DNA of 64,000 nt. Source: Candidatus Eiseniibacteriota bacterium. GTDB lineage: Bacteria; Eisenbacteria; RBG-16-71-46; SZUA-252. Shown here piece by piece: positions 29,981-39,550 of this stretch. The stretch's first letter is position 1. Each line of letters begins with the position of its first letter. Below the pieces are notes generated by a model that did not search any database, was not told where the DNA came from, and saw only the letters and a program-made list of their open reading frames with translations. The DNA is taken from positions 1,131,096 through 1,195,095 of the forward strand of contig OY969801.1 of NCBI GenBank assembly GCA_963703225.1, read 5' to 3'. The position numbers were made by a program, and so were the translations under genes.

Positions 29981-31273
29981 TCAGCTCCGCGCCGCGACGT
30001 TCGCCGCGCTGCCCCGCGCGGACCTGAGGGCCGAAACGAGCGCGACCATCCGCTTCAAACCTTCGCTCAACTCCGCGTCGGAGACGCAGAACGCGATCCG
30101 GACGCGCGTCCTGGCCTTGGGGTGGATCGGGAAATCGGGAGCGCCCATCGCCGTCATCTCCCCGATCGGAAGTCCGTCCGGCCCGAACTGAGGGGCGAGG
30201 GCGAAACCCGAAGCGGGCGCCACCGCGACGCGATGCTCTTGAAGCAGACGGACCGCGAATTCATCGGCGCTCAGTCCCGTCGATTCGACGTCGGCCAGAA
30301 TGTAGAACGCCCCCTCCGGCGTGTAGTCGACGAGCCCGGCGGGACGCAGGATGGAAATCGCCAGGTCGCGCCGCCGGCGGTAGGCGTCGCGCATGGTCGT
30401 GATCGAGGCGTCGTCCGGAAGCGCCGCCAGGCCGCCCCACTGGATCGGCGTCGCGGTGCTTGCCACGATCGGCTCCTGGATCTTTCGGAGGATGGTGGCG
30501 ACGAGCTGGCTGGGCGCCGCGATGTAGCCGAGGCGGAATCCGGTCATCGCGTACGATTTGGAGAAGGTGTAGAGCGAAAATACCCGCCGCTCGGGGTCCG
30601 GGAGGTCCCGCTCGAAGGAACCCGGCGAGACGTGTTTCGCGTCGAAGACGATGTCCTCGTAGGCTTCGTCGCTGATGACCCAGAGGTCGCGCTCGCGCGC
30701 GACCGCGTAGAGGGCGCGGAGCGTCGCTTCGGGAATCACCGCGCCGGTCGGATTGCTCGGGCTGTTGATCAAGATCGCCTTCGTCCGCGGCGTCACGGCC
30801 CGGCGCACCCCCTCGACGTCCGGCTGATAGCCCGTGCCGAGCGGGTAGAAGATCGGCTTCGCGCTCGCGAGGAGTGCCTGTTGAACGTAGTTCGGCCAGT
30901 AGATCTCGGGAAGCAGGATTTCGTCCCCGGGGTGGAGCGCGATTTCCATGGATGCCATGAGGGCTTCCGTCGACCCCGGCGTGATCACGATCTGCTCGGT
31001 GGTCGCGGCGATTCCGTTTCGCCGGGTCACCTTCTCGGCCAGGGCCGTGCGCAAGCTCTGGATCCCGACGCTCGGCGGGTAGTGGGTCTTTCCCTCTCGC
31101 ATGGCGCGCGCGGTCGCCTCGATCACGGCTTCGGGAGGGGCAAAATCGGGGTCGCCGACGTGGAGCCGTATGACGGGGCCGCCGCCCGCGCGCTCCAACT
31201 CGTCGGCGAGGCGGAACATGACCCGGATGGGTGAGAACGGGATCAGCTGACTGCGTCTCGACGGACGGGGCAC
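29981..31273 (-). CDS. Class I/II pyridoxal-phosphate aminotransferase (aspartate/aromatic type)
   Basis: GTG start at 31273 with a GAAAGGAGA RBS. The motifs NSPSNPTG and SFSKSYAMTGFRLGY (PLP lysine region). It is convergent with the homogentisate cluster. Confidence 0.85.
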   Translation of the reverse strand: MPRPSRRSQLIPFSPIRVMFRLADELERAGGGPVIRLHVGDPDFAPPEAVIEATARAMREGKTHYPPSVGIQSLRTALAEKVTRRNGIAATTEQIVITPGSTEALMASMEIALHPGDEILLPEIYWPNYVQQALLASAKPIFYPLGTGYQPDVEGVRRAVTPRTKAILINSPSNPTGAVIPEATLRALYAVARERDLWVISDEAYEDIVFDAKHVSPGSFERDLPDPERRVFSLYTFSKSYAMTGFRLGYIAAPSQLVATILRKIQEPIVASTATPIQWGGLAALPDDASITTMRDAYRRRRDLAISILRPAGLVDYTPEGAFYILADVESTGLSADEFAVRLLQEHRVAVAPASGFALAPQFGPDGLPIGEMTAMGAPDFPIHPKARTRVRIAFCVSDAELSEGLKRMVALVSALRSARGSAANVAARS

Positions 31274-31472
31274 GTTGTCTCCTTTCGGCGGTCGCCCTGG
31301 GACGGAACGCGGATGATACCCAAGGCCGAGGGTCGAGTCTCCACCCGTTCTCCGCACCGCACCCATGGCGTCACGGTGCCGGTCTTCTTGCAGGCCCAGG
31401 AACCCTCTGGTAGGCTTGACGATGGTACGAGATGAGTAGCCGTCGCCGTCTTAGTCCATGGGGAGGAGCCGA

Positions 31473-31902
31473 ATGAGGATGTACAAGGCAGCCATCGCGG
31501 GGGCGTTGATCCTCGCGTGCGCCGTCGTCGTGGCGAACGCGCAGGACAAGGACGCAACGAAGCCCAAGGACGCTCCGGCGGCCACGAGCGCGGGGCCCCG
31601 CTCGATCATCGGCGAGGTGATCGACCCCGCAGTGCTGGGTCATCAACGGCGCCAAGGGCGAGGCGCACAAGGAATGCGCGATCGCCTGCGCCAAGGCGGG
31701 GCAGACCCTCGCGATCCTCGAGCGGAAGACCAACAAGGTCTACATTCTGGCCTCCGATCGGCCGGGCGAGGATCCCAACAAGGCCGTGATCGACTTTGTC
31801 GCCCAGGCCGTGCTCGTGAAGGGCAAGGTCTACTCGCGCGGCGGGCTCCTGGCCATCCAGGTCGCCTCCGTGGAGCCGGCGCCCAAGGCGACCCCGAAAT
31901 AG
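31473..31902 (+). pseudogene. Small secreted Cys-motif protein, paralog 1, interrupted by a +1/-1 frameshift near 31630
   Basis: Frame A holds the RBS, ATG and signal peptide (MRMYKAAIAGALILACAVVVANAQDKD...SIIGEVIDPA). After about 31632 the coherent sequence continues only in another frame (CWVINGAKGEAHKECAIACAKAGQTLAILERKTNKVYILASDRPGEDPNKAVIDFV...VEPAPKATPK*). That second frame begins right after a TGA and contains no start codon. Confidence 0.5.
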
Positions 31903-31929
31903 CCGGAACATCGCCGGGAGGATTTACGG

Positions 31930-32410
31930 ATGACATCGATGCGCCTCAACAAAACGTTCCTCATCCTTCTGACCGTATTCCTCGCGGCGGTGGGTGCGAC
32001 GGAGAGCGACGCGCCCGCCGAGAAGACCACCCCCGCCAGCCACGAAGGGCACGGGGCGCCCGCGGGCGAGGCGAAAGGGTCGGGGGCCATGGTCAAGGGC
32101 GAGGTCATGACGATCACCGGTGAGGTGATGGATCCCGCCTGCTTCCTCGAGGCCGGTCCCAAGTCGATCGGACCGGGCCACTTCCAGTGCGCGATCGACT
32201 GCGCGCGTTCCGGGCAGACGCTCGCGATCTACGACCGGGCGCAGCGACCGCATCTACTTCATCGCGGGGGAGCTTCCGGGAAGAAACCCGAATGATCCGG
32301 TCATCAACTTCGTCCACAAGAAGGTCGACGTGACGGGAGTGGTCTACCATCGCTCCGAGGCCTGGGGCATCGTGATCACAAAAGTGGTGCTGCACAAAGA
32401 GAAGGGCTAG
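31930..32410 (+). pseudogene. Small secreted Cys-motif protein, paralog 2, interrupted by a frameshift near 32245
   Basis: Frame A reads MTSMRLNKTFLILLTVFLAAVGA...TGEVMDPACFLEAGPKSIGPGHFQCAIDCARSGQTLAIYDRAQ. After the shift it reads ...RIYFIAGELPGRNPNDPVINFVHKKVDVTGVVYHRSEAWGIVITKVVLHKEKG*. This aligns residue for residue with paralog 1 (GEV[IM]DPAC...C-A-I-x-C-A-[KR]-[AS]-GQTLAI...DP[NV]...[IV][DN]FV). Confidence 0.5.
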
Positions 32411-32443
32411 CCTCGCGGTGCGCCGGGAGGAGCCCGTCCGACC

Positions 32444-34273
<1,830 letters not shown>

Positions 34274-34283
34274 AACGCGAAAC

Positions 34284-34305
34284 GGCCCGGGGGTGAGCCC
34301 GGGCC
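34284..34305. terminator. Bidirectional GC hairpin between convergent cstA and the lipoprotein gene
   Basis: Perfect 8-bp GGCCCGGG / CCCGGGCC stem with a 5-6 nt loop, placed between the two convergent stops. Confidence 0.45.
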
Positions 34306-34333
34306 GCGGGGATCGCGCTGCTTTGGAGCGTTC

Positions 34334-34882
34334 CTAGGGCGTGACGTCCGTGTCGCCGAAGTCGCCGATCTGAACCGTCAGGGCCGCGTCCGCGAAGACC
34401 GGGTCCCCGTTGTTCGAGCCGTTGATGTAGTTGTAGCCGGTGAAGTGGATCCGGGCGATGGTCGTGACGGTCCCGCTGATCGCGAGAGCGCCTTTCTCGC
34501 CGGAGTCGCTCAGCGTGATCGTGCCGTCCACGGTCTGACCAGACTGGACGCGGAGGTTCAACCCGCCGGTCACCGGCGAGAAGATTGCGTTGTCGTAGGT
34601 GACCGTGTAGCCGGTCACGACGATCTGGGAGAACGGAGTGTTGGGCTCCAGGGGAACTCCGCCGCCGTTCGGGATGTTGCCGAGGGTCACCTTCACCTGG
34701 TCGACCGGAATGAACGGGTTCAGCGGATCTACCACGTTGATCAAATCGCTGAAAAAGGAATTGCCCTCGTTCACGGTCACCACCGTCAGGGTGTTCCGCG
34801 AAGATTCGTCGGTGCAGCCGGTCATCCCGACCGCCGCAGCGACTACCAGCACAGCCAGCGCGAACCGCATCACCGTCTTCAT
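34334..34882 (-). CDS. Lipoprotein (hypothetical), beta-rich secreted protein
   Basis: From the ATG at 34882: MKTVMRFALAVLVVAAAVGMTGCTDE, a signal peptide with a lipobox (M-T-G-C). The mature part is Thr/Val/Gly-rich. Confidence 0.6.
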   Translation of the reverse strand: MKTVMRFALAVLVVAAAVGMTGCTDESSRNTLTVVTVNEGNSFFSDLINVVDPLNPFIPVDQVKVTLGNIPNGGGVPLEPNTPFSQIVVTGYTVTYDNAIFSPVTGGLNLRVQSGQTVDGTITLSDSGEKGALAISGTVTTIARIHFTGYNYINGSNNGDPVFADAALTVQIGDFGDTDVTP

Positions 34883-35052
34883 GTCGGTCTCCTTGGGCAT
34901 TCGCGATCCCCATCGCATGTCACTTGGCTGAATTCAGATAGACAATCCCGAGGCGTGAAAAGCAAGGGACATGCCACGCCGCTGCAATTCGGAGAATCAG
35001 CCTAGAAGGTTGGGATTGTGGGGCCTGGAGGCGAGACGCGGGGTTGGCTTCG

Positions 35053-35095
35053 AAACAAAAGGGCGGGCGCCGTGCAATTTGCACGCGCGCCCGCC
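35053..35095 (-). terminator. Rho-independent terminator of the superoxide dismutase gene
   Basis: On the minus strand a GGGCGGGCGCG...CGCGCCCGCC stem is followed by TTTTGTTTCG, about 20 nt after the sod stop. Confidence 0.6.
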
Positions 35096-35115
35096 GGGCT
35101 GCAATGATGCAACGT

Positions 35116-35727
35116 CTACTTCCTGGCCATCGCCATCTGGGTCGTCGCCATGTATCGGCGGTTCACCTCGTTCCAGTTCACGACCCGGAGGAAGGCCTCG
35201 ACGTAGGCCTTCCGGTCGCTGCCGTAGTCGATGAAGTAGGAGTGCTCGTAGGTATCGCAGTTCAGCACCGGGAACGTGCCCCAGACCCCGCCCTGGTTCT
35301 GCGCGTCGCCGATGAAGTTGTGGAGCCGGCCATCGGTCGGGTCGAATGCCAGGACCACCCATCCCCGCGCGCACATCGCGGAGGCTTTGAAATCCTCCTC
35401 CCAGGCCGCGAAGGTGCCGAAGTCCTCCTTGATCTTGTCGACGACCTCGCCCTTCGGCTGGCCGTCGCCGCCCATGATCGAGAAGTAGATCTCGTGGAGG
35501 ATCTGCCCGTTGGCGGCGAAGGTCTCCTCGTGCTTCAGGCCGCGGATCTCGCTGTAGATCTGGTTGGCCTTGCTTCGGTCCACCTTCGCGAGGGTCTCTT
35601 CGATTTCATTCCGCTTGTTGACGTAGCCGGCGTAGAGCTTGTCGTGGTGGATCTCCATCGTTTTCGCCCCGATCCCCTTGATCGCGTCGTTCGCATAGGG
35701 GAGAGGCTTGACGGCGTGCTTCGGCAT
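35116..35727 (-). CDS. sodA: Fe/Mn superoxide dismutase
   Basis: 203 aa. PLPYANDAIKG..EIHHDKLYAGYVNK.., DTYEHSYFIDYGSDRKAYVEAFLRVVNW match the Fe/Mn SOD N- and C-domain signatures. Confidence 0.93.
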   Translation of the reverse strand: MPKHAVKPLPYANDAIKGIGAKTMEIHHDKLYAGYVNKRNEIEETLAKVDRSKANQIYSEIRGLKHEETFAANGQILHEIYFSIMGGDGQPKGEVVDKIKEDFGTFAAWEEDFKASAMCARGWVVLAFDPTDGRLHNFIGDAQNQGGVWGTFPVLNCDTYEHSYFIDYGSDRKAYVEAFLRVVNWNEVNRRYMATTQMAMARK

Positions 35728-35867
35728 GGCGGTGGTCTCCTTTCGCCTCGACCGAGTGTTCGGATCCGGTCTCGTACCGGAATCCGGTTGAGTTTTTGGA
35801 GTAGGCCCCGATTCTATCAGATGCGCCGGGAGGCCTCCGGGATGCCTCCGAGCGGCCGTCCCGCCGT

Positions 35868-37253
35868 CTAGGCCGGTATCCGTTTGACGATCGACTCGAC
35901 CCGAAACCGCCGCGCCCCGTCGGGCAGCTCGAGCGACACCTCGCTCCCCACCCGCATCCCGAGGAGCGGCCTGGCGAGGGGAGCCCTGTAGGAGAGGACG
36001 CCGGGAGCCAAGCCACTATCCCCCTCTCCGAGAATCCAGTAGGTGATCGGGGAGCCCCCACCCTCGAGCGGCGCGAGCACGGCCTCCGTTCCCACGCCGA
36101 TCCGAGAGTCGTCGATCTCGATGGTATCGAGGAGCTTCGTCCGCTCGAGCGTCCCGAGCAATTCTTGGAGTCGGGTCGCCGCGTTCGCCTGACGGTGCTT
36201 GGCGGCCTCGTACTCGGCGTTCTCCCGAAGATCGCCGAGCTGCCGCGCCTTCTCGATCGCGGCCGGGATGACGGTCTTGAGGTCGAGCGAGAGCTTCTTC
36301 AGCTCGGCCTCGAGGCGCTCGTAGGTCGGGCGCGACATGATCGTGAACCGCGTGTCGAGATCTTCGGTGCTTCTTCCCTCCAGCAAGCTCTGGGTGCGCT
36401 CCTTGCGGCGCTCTTCGTAGGCGTGCGCCACCCTGTCGAGGCCGATCGAGCGAAGAAAATCGAGGATGGGGGGGAGCCGCCGCTCGCTCCCGGCCCAGGA
36501 GAGGATCGAGCTTTCGATCTGGGCCTTCAGCTCCTCGCCGGGCGGCGTCGATGCAAGACGGGTCCGTAGCGGGCCCCCTTCGCCGATGAGCGCGAGCAGC
36601 CGTTCCGGAACGCCATCGGGGAGATCCCGCTCCAGAAGCCGGATCGAGCCGATGACGAGCGCGTCGGTTGTCGGTGCGTCCGGATCCTCCGGGTTGGCCA
36701 CGAAGTGCTCGATCAGACGCGCCGCCAGGGACGGAGCCTCGACGCCGCGGGAGATCCGCTGCTCCACGGCGCGGGAGAAGCGCCCGCCCATGATCTCGCG
36801 GAGACGCGCCCGCCCGCGCTCGCGCAGGCGCGGGAGCCGGCTCTCGACCGCCCTCCAGAGAAACTCCTCTTCGTTCGGCGATCCCGCCGCGAGGTCGAGA
36901 AGCTGATCCTGGCTCGCGCCGAGGGGGAGCGAGTCAGGCCCCAGTCCTTCCGCGATGAGCGAATCGAGAATTTCTCCACCCGCATTGGGGTCCAGCGCGC
37001 CCCAGGTGAGCGCGTGGCAGACCGCCTGCGCCCGCGTTGCCGGATCGAGGCTTTCATCCGCCGCCCAGCGTCGGACGAAGGGGGCCGCGTACTCCGCGAT
37101 GCGAGCTTCGTCCTCGGGGTGCTCGCGGAGGAACTTTCGGATGAGCCCCAGGCCCGCCACGGCGGCGCGGGGGGTCAGCTGCGGAACGGTCGAACCCGCC
37201 GACTCGGCGCCGTCCACCGCGAGGCGGTAGATCTGTCGATAGCCTTCGCTCAT
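35868..37253 (-). CDS. GreA/GreB-domain protein with a long (about 300 aa) N-terminal extension
   Basis: The C-terminal roughly 150 aa match the Gre factor fold: LGDLRENAEYEAAKHRQ (coiled-coil tip region) and the FKBP-like C-terminal domain ...ITYWILGEGDSG...RFRVESI. The N-terminal two thirds have no assignable family. Confidence 0.6.
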   Translation of the reverse strand: MSEGYRQIYRLAVDGAESAGSTVPQLTPRAAVAGLGLIRKFLREHPEDEARIAEYAAPFVRRWAADESLDPATRAQAVCHALTWGALDPNAGGEILDSLIAEGLGPDSLPLGASQDQLLDLAAGSPNEEEFLWRAVESRLPRLRERGRARLREIMGGRFSRAVEQRISRGVEAPSLAARLIEHFVANPEDPDAPTTDALVIGSIRLLERDLPDGVPERLLALIGEGGPLRTRLASTPPGEELKAQIESSILSWAGSERRLPPILDFLRSIGLDRVAHAYEERRKERTQSLLEGRSTEDLDTRFTIMSRPTYERLEAELKKLSLDLKTVIPAAIEKARQLGDLRENAEYEAAKHRQANAATRLQELLGTLERTKLLDTIEIDDSRIGVGTEAVLAPLEGGGSPITYWILGEGDSGLAPGVLSYRAPLARPLLGMRVGSEVSLELPDGARRFRVESIVKRIPA

Positions 37254-37302
37254 GTCGAGGCGGCGGTCGGTCTTGAGCTGCTCCTTGGCGCGCCGCCAGA
37301 AA

Positions 37303-38574
37303 CTACTCCACTCGAAATCCGGAAGCGCGGTCTCGAGCCGGGGCTTGAGCTGCGCCGGCGGTCGCGGTTCCGCCGATGTCGCGGAGCGCCCGCACGAGCA
37401 CCTCGGGATCTCCGGCCTCGGCGATCGTCCGGAGCCGCGGGGCGTCCTCGATCGCCAGAACCCTGAGGCCGTCGTCGGCGAGCCGATCGAGAGACCGGGA
37501 GGCCATCGCGAACGACATCTTGTGTCCTTCGCGACTGGGGAAGGACAGGGTTACGCTCTCGCCATCGCTCGCCCTGACCCGGCCGAGGCCCCAGGTCGTG
37601 TGCAACACGTGCGCACCGGGCGGGAGCGCCAAAATCTTAGGGAGCCGGACGCCAACTTCGTCGATCGGGACCGCGGGGTCCGCGATCCCCGAGCCTTCGA
37701 GGATCGCGTCGGGCTCGGGCTGGCGCGCCACCACGACGCGAAGGTAGCGGGCGAGCAGGCCGCGGGCGGCAGGCGTGTTCGGGCTTCGCGGAGCCACCAA
37801 GGCCAGATCTTCCCACGAAAGCAGCCCGGCCGCGCGCGCCTCTAACTCGGGGAGCGCGAGGTCGAGGACCGGCTCCGCATCGCCCCACGCCGCGAGGCTC
37901 GCGAACCGGAGGACGATCCGCCCAACCCGCGCCGGGAAATGCTCCAGATCCTCGTCGATCGCCCGGAGCAGCTCGTCGGAGGCACGCTCCGGCCGCCCCA
38001 GCTCCAGATAGAGCTCGACGGCGCGAAGTCTGTGCTCCCGAGCGTCGGAGATGTCGCCACTCCGTTCGAGAGCGGGGGAGATCTCGGCGTGGAGCTCGGG
38101 ATCGGCCGGGCGGATCTCGATGGCCTCCCGCAAGAGCGCGATCCGGGCTTCCTCCTTCGTCTCGCCGCGGGCTAGATACTGCAGGAATCGGACCGCCGCG
38201 CTGGTCGGCTCGGGATCCCGGAACCGATCGAGGAGCAGTCTCACTCCGCTCCGATCACCGCTCGCGACGAGCTTGTCGGCGACCACCTCGAGCGCTTCGA
38301 GCGCGAGAGGCTGTTCCTCCAACCCTTCGCGCAAGAGCCCGGTCAGAAGGAGGAGATCCCACCGCTTTCGGCGCGCGGGCTCCTGCTCGACCAGCTTGAG
38401 CGCTGCCTCGGCCTTGCCCTCGGTCAAGAGGCGGCGCGCGAGGGTTTCGGTTTCCTCCCAGCGAGGGTCGCTGGATGACGCGGGCGGCTCGTCGAGCTTG
38501 ACCGCGCCCAGGTAGCGGCGGAACTCGGCGTCCATCATGTCCGGTTGGTCTCCAAGCCGTTCAGCATAACGCAT
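37303..38574 (-). CDS. Hypothetical helical-repeat (TPR-like) protein upstream of the Gre-domain gene
   Basis: 423 aa Leu/Ala/Glu-rich helical repeats (ALKLVEQEP..., AVELYLELGRPERASDELLRAID...). It is codirectional with and 50 nt upstream of the Gre-domain ORF, in a different frame. Coding status is not certain in this GC context. Confidence 0.4.
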   Translation of the reverse strand: MRYAERLGDQPDMMDAEFRRYLGAVKLDEPPASSSDPRWEETETLARRLLTEGKAEAALKLVEQEPARRKRWDLLLLTGLLREGLEEQPLALEALEVVADKLVASGDRSGVRLLLDRFRDPEPTSAAVRFLQYLARGETKEEARIALLREAIEIRPADPELHAEISPALERSGDISDAREHRLRAVELYLELGRPERASDELLRAIDEDLEHFPARVGRIVLRFASLAAWGDAEPVLDLALPELEARAAGLLSWEDLALVAPRSPNTPAARGLLARYLRVVVARQPEPDAILEGSGIADPAVPIDEVGVRLPKILALPPGAHVLHTTWGLGRVRASDGESVTLSFPSREGHKMSFAMASRSLDRLADDGLRVLAIEDAPRLRTIAEAGDPEVLVRALRDIGGTATAGAAQAPARDRASGFRVE

Positions 38575-38628
38575 CGCGGCTCGGCTCGTGTAGGCTCCTC
38601 GTTCGGTCCGCTGTTCGCCCGCGACTGA

Positions 38629-39525
38629 ATCTCGAGGCCCATCATCTTCCGAACGAAGCGAGTCGCGTTAGCGCTGGCGGCCAACCAACTTCTCTCCAGC
38701 GGCACCCACCTGATCGCCAAGGGGGCGCTCACGTCGATCGGCCCCCTGGCGGTCGCGCTGCTCCGGTTCACGGTGGCTTCGGCGGCGCTCTTGCTCTTCC
38801 AGAGATTCCGCTCCAGCGCGCCGAAGATCGATCGGAGGGACATCCCGCTGCTTCTTCTGCTCGGCTTTCTCGTGGTTCCGGTCAACCAGGGCTGCTTCCT
38901 GTTCGGGCTGACACGCTCCACGCCGAGCCACGCCGCCCTCCTCTACGCGCTGACCCCGCTCGTGGTGCTCCTTCTGGCGCGCCGGCTCCTCCACGAGGGG
39001 GATTGGTGGTCCAAGCTGGCCGGGGTCCTCGTCGCGTTCGCCGGGGTGGCCGTCATCCTGCTCGAGCGGGGCCTCGCGCATGAGGTGGAGGTCCTCCACG
39101 GCGATATCCTGATCCTCGTGGCCGTCTTTGGATGGTCGCTCTACACGGTGCTCTCCAAACGGCTGCTCGAGCGATACGACCCGATGACCGTGACCTCCTG
39201 GGCTATCGTTTCGGGGACTCTCCTTTGCATCCCCGCCTTCTTCATCCCCGGAGCCGTCCCGGCGCTGGGATCGATCGGACCGGCCGTGTGGGGCGGGATC
39301 TTCTACCTCGCGATCGGGACCTCGGTAGTAGCCTACCCTCTATGGTCGTACGCCCTGCGATACCTCGAGGCTTCCAAGGTGGCCATCGCGACCAACGTCC
39401 AGCCGGTGCTCACGGCGATCCTCTCGTGGGTCATCTATCGGGAGCGGTTCACGCCCGGGTTCTGTGTGGGCGCCGTGCTGATCCTGGCGGGCGTCACGTG
39501 GGTGGAGACGCGGAGGAGCGCGTGA
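38629..39525 (+). CDS. EamA/DMT-superfamily transporter (start codon uncertain)
   Basis: Two EamA-type halves. The track starts at TTG 38773, but the in-frame upstream sequence back to the stop at 38626-38628 encodes a typical first TM helix (LAANQLLSSGTHLIAKGALTSIGPLAVALLRF). That extension has no ATG, GTG or TTG in frame. Confidence 0.6.
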   Translation: MSRPIIFRTKRVALALAANQLLSSGTHLIAKGALTSIGPLAVALLRFTVASAALLLFQRFRSSAPKIDRRDIPLLLLLGFLVVPVNQGCFLFGLTRSTPSHAALLYALTPLVVLLLARRLLHEGDWWSKLAGVLVAFAGVAVILLERGLAHEVEVLHGDILILVAVFGWSLYTVLSKRLLERYDPMTVTSWAIVSGTLLCIPAFFIPGAVPALGSIGPAVWGGIFYLAIGTSVVAYPLWSYALRYLEASKVAIATNVQPVLTAILSWVIYRERFTPGFCVGAVLILAGVTWVETRRSA

Positions 39526-39550
39526 GTGGGATGGCGCGGGGGAACCAGTC

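Noticed and set aside
27843-31234. Minus ORF 27843..29135 and plus ORF 29882..31234
   Set aside because: Antisense to the FAH-family gene, hmgA and the aminotransferase. No motifs; His/Arg/Asp-rich.
37253-37303. Possibility that ORFs 37303..38574 and 35868..37253 are one gene split by a frameshift
   Set aside because: Not confirmed. The downstream ORF has its own Met and the gap is 50 nt. I could not identify a conserved peptide spanning the junction in any frame, so I kept them as two features while flagging the uncertainty.
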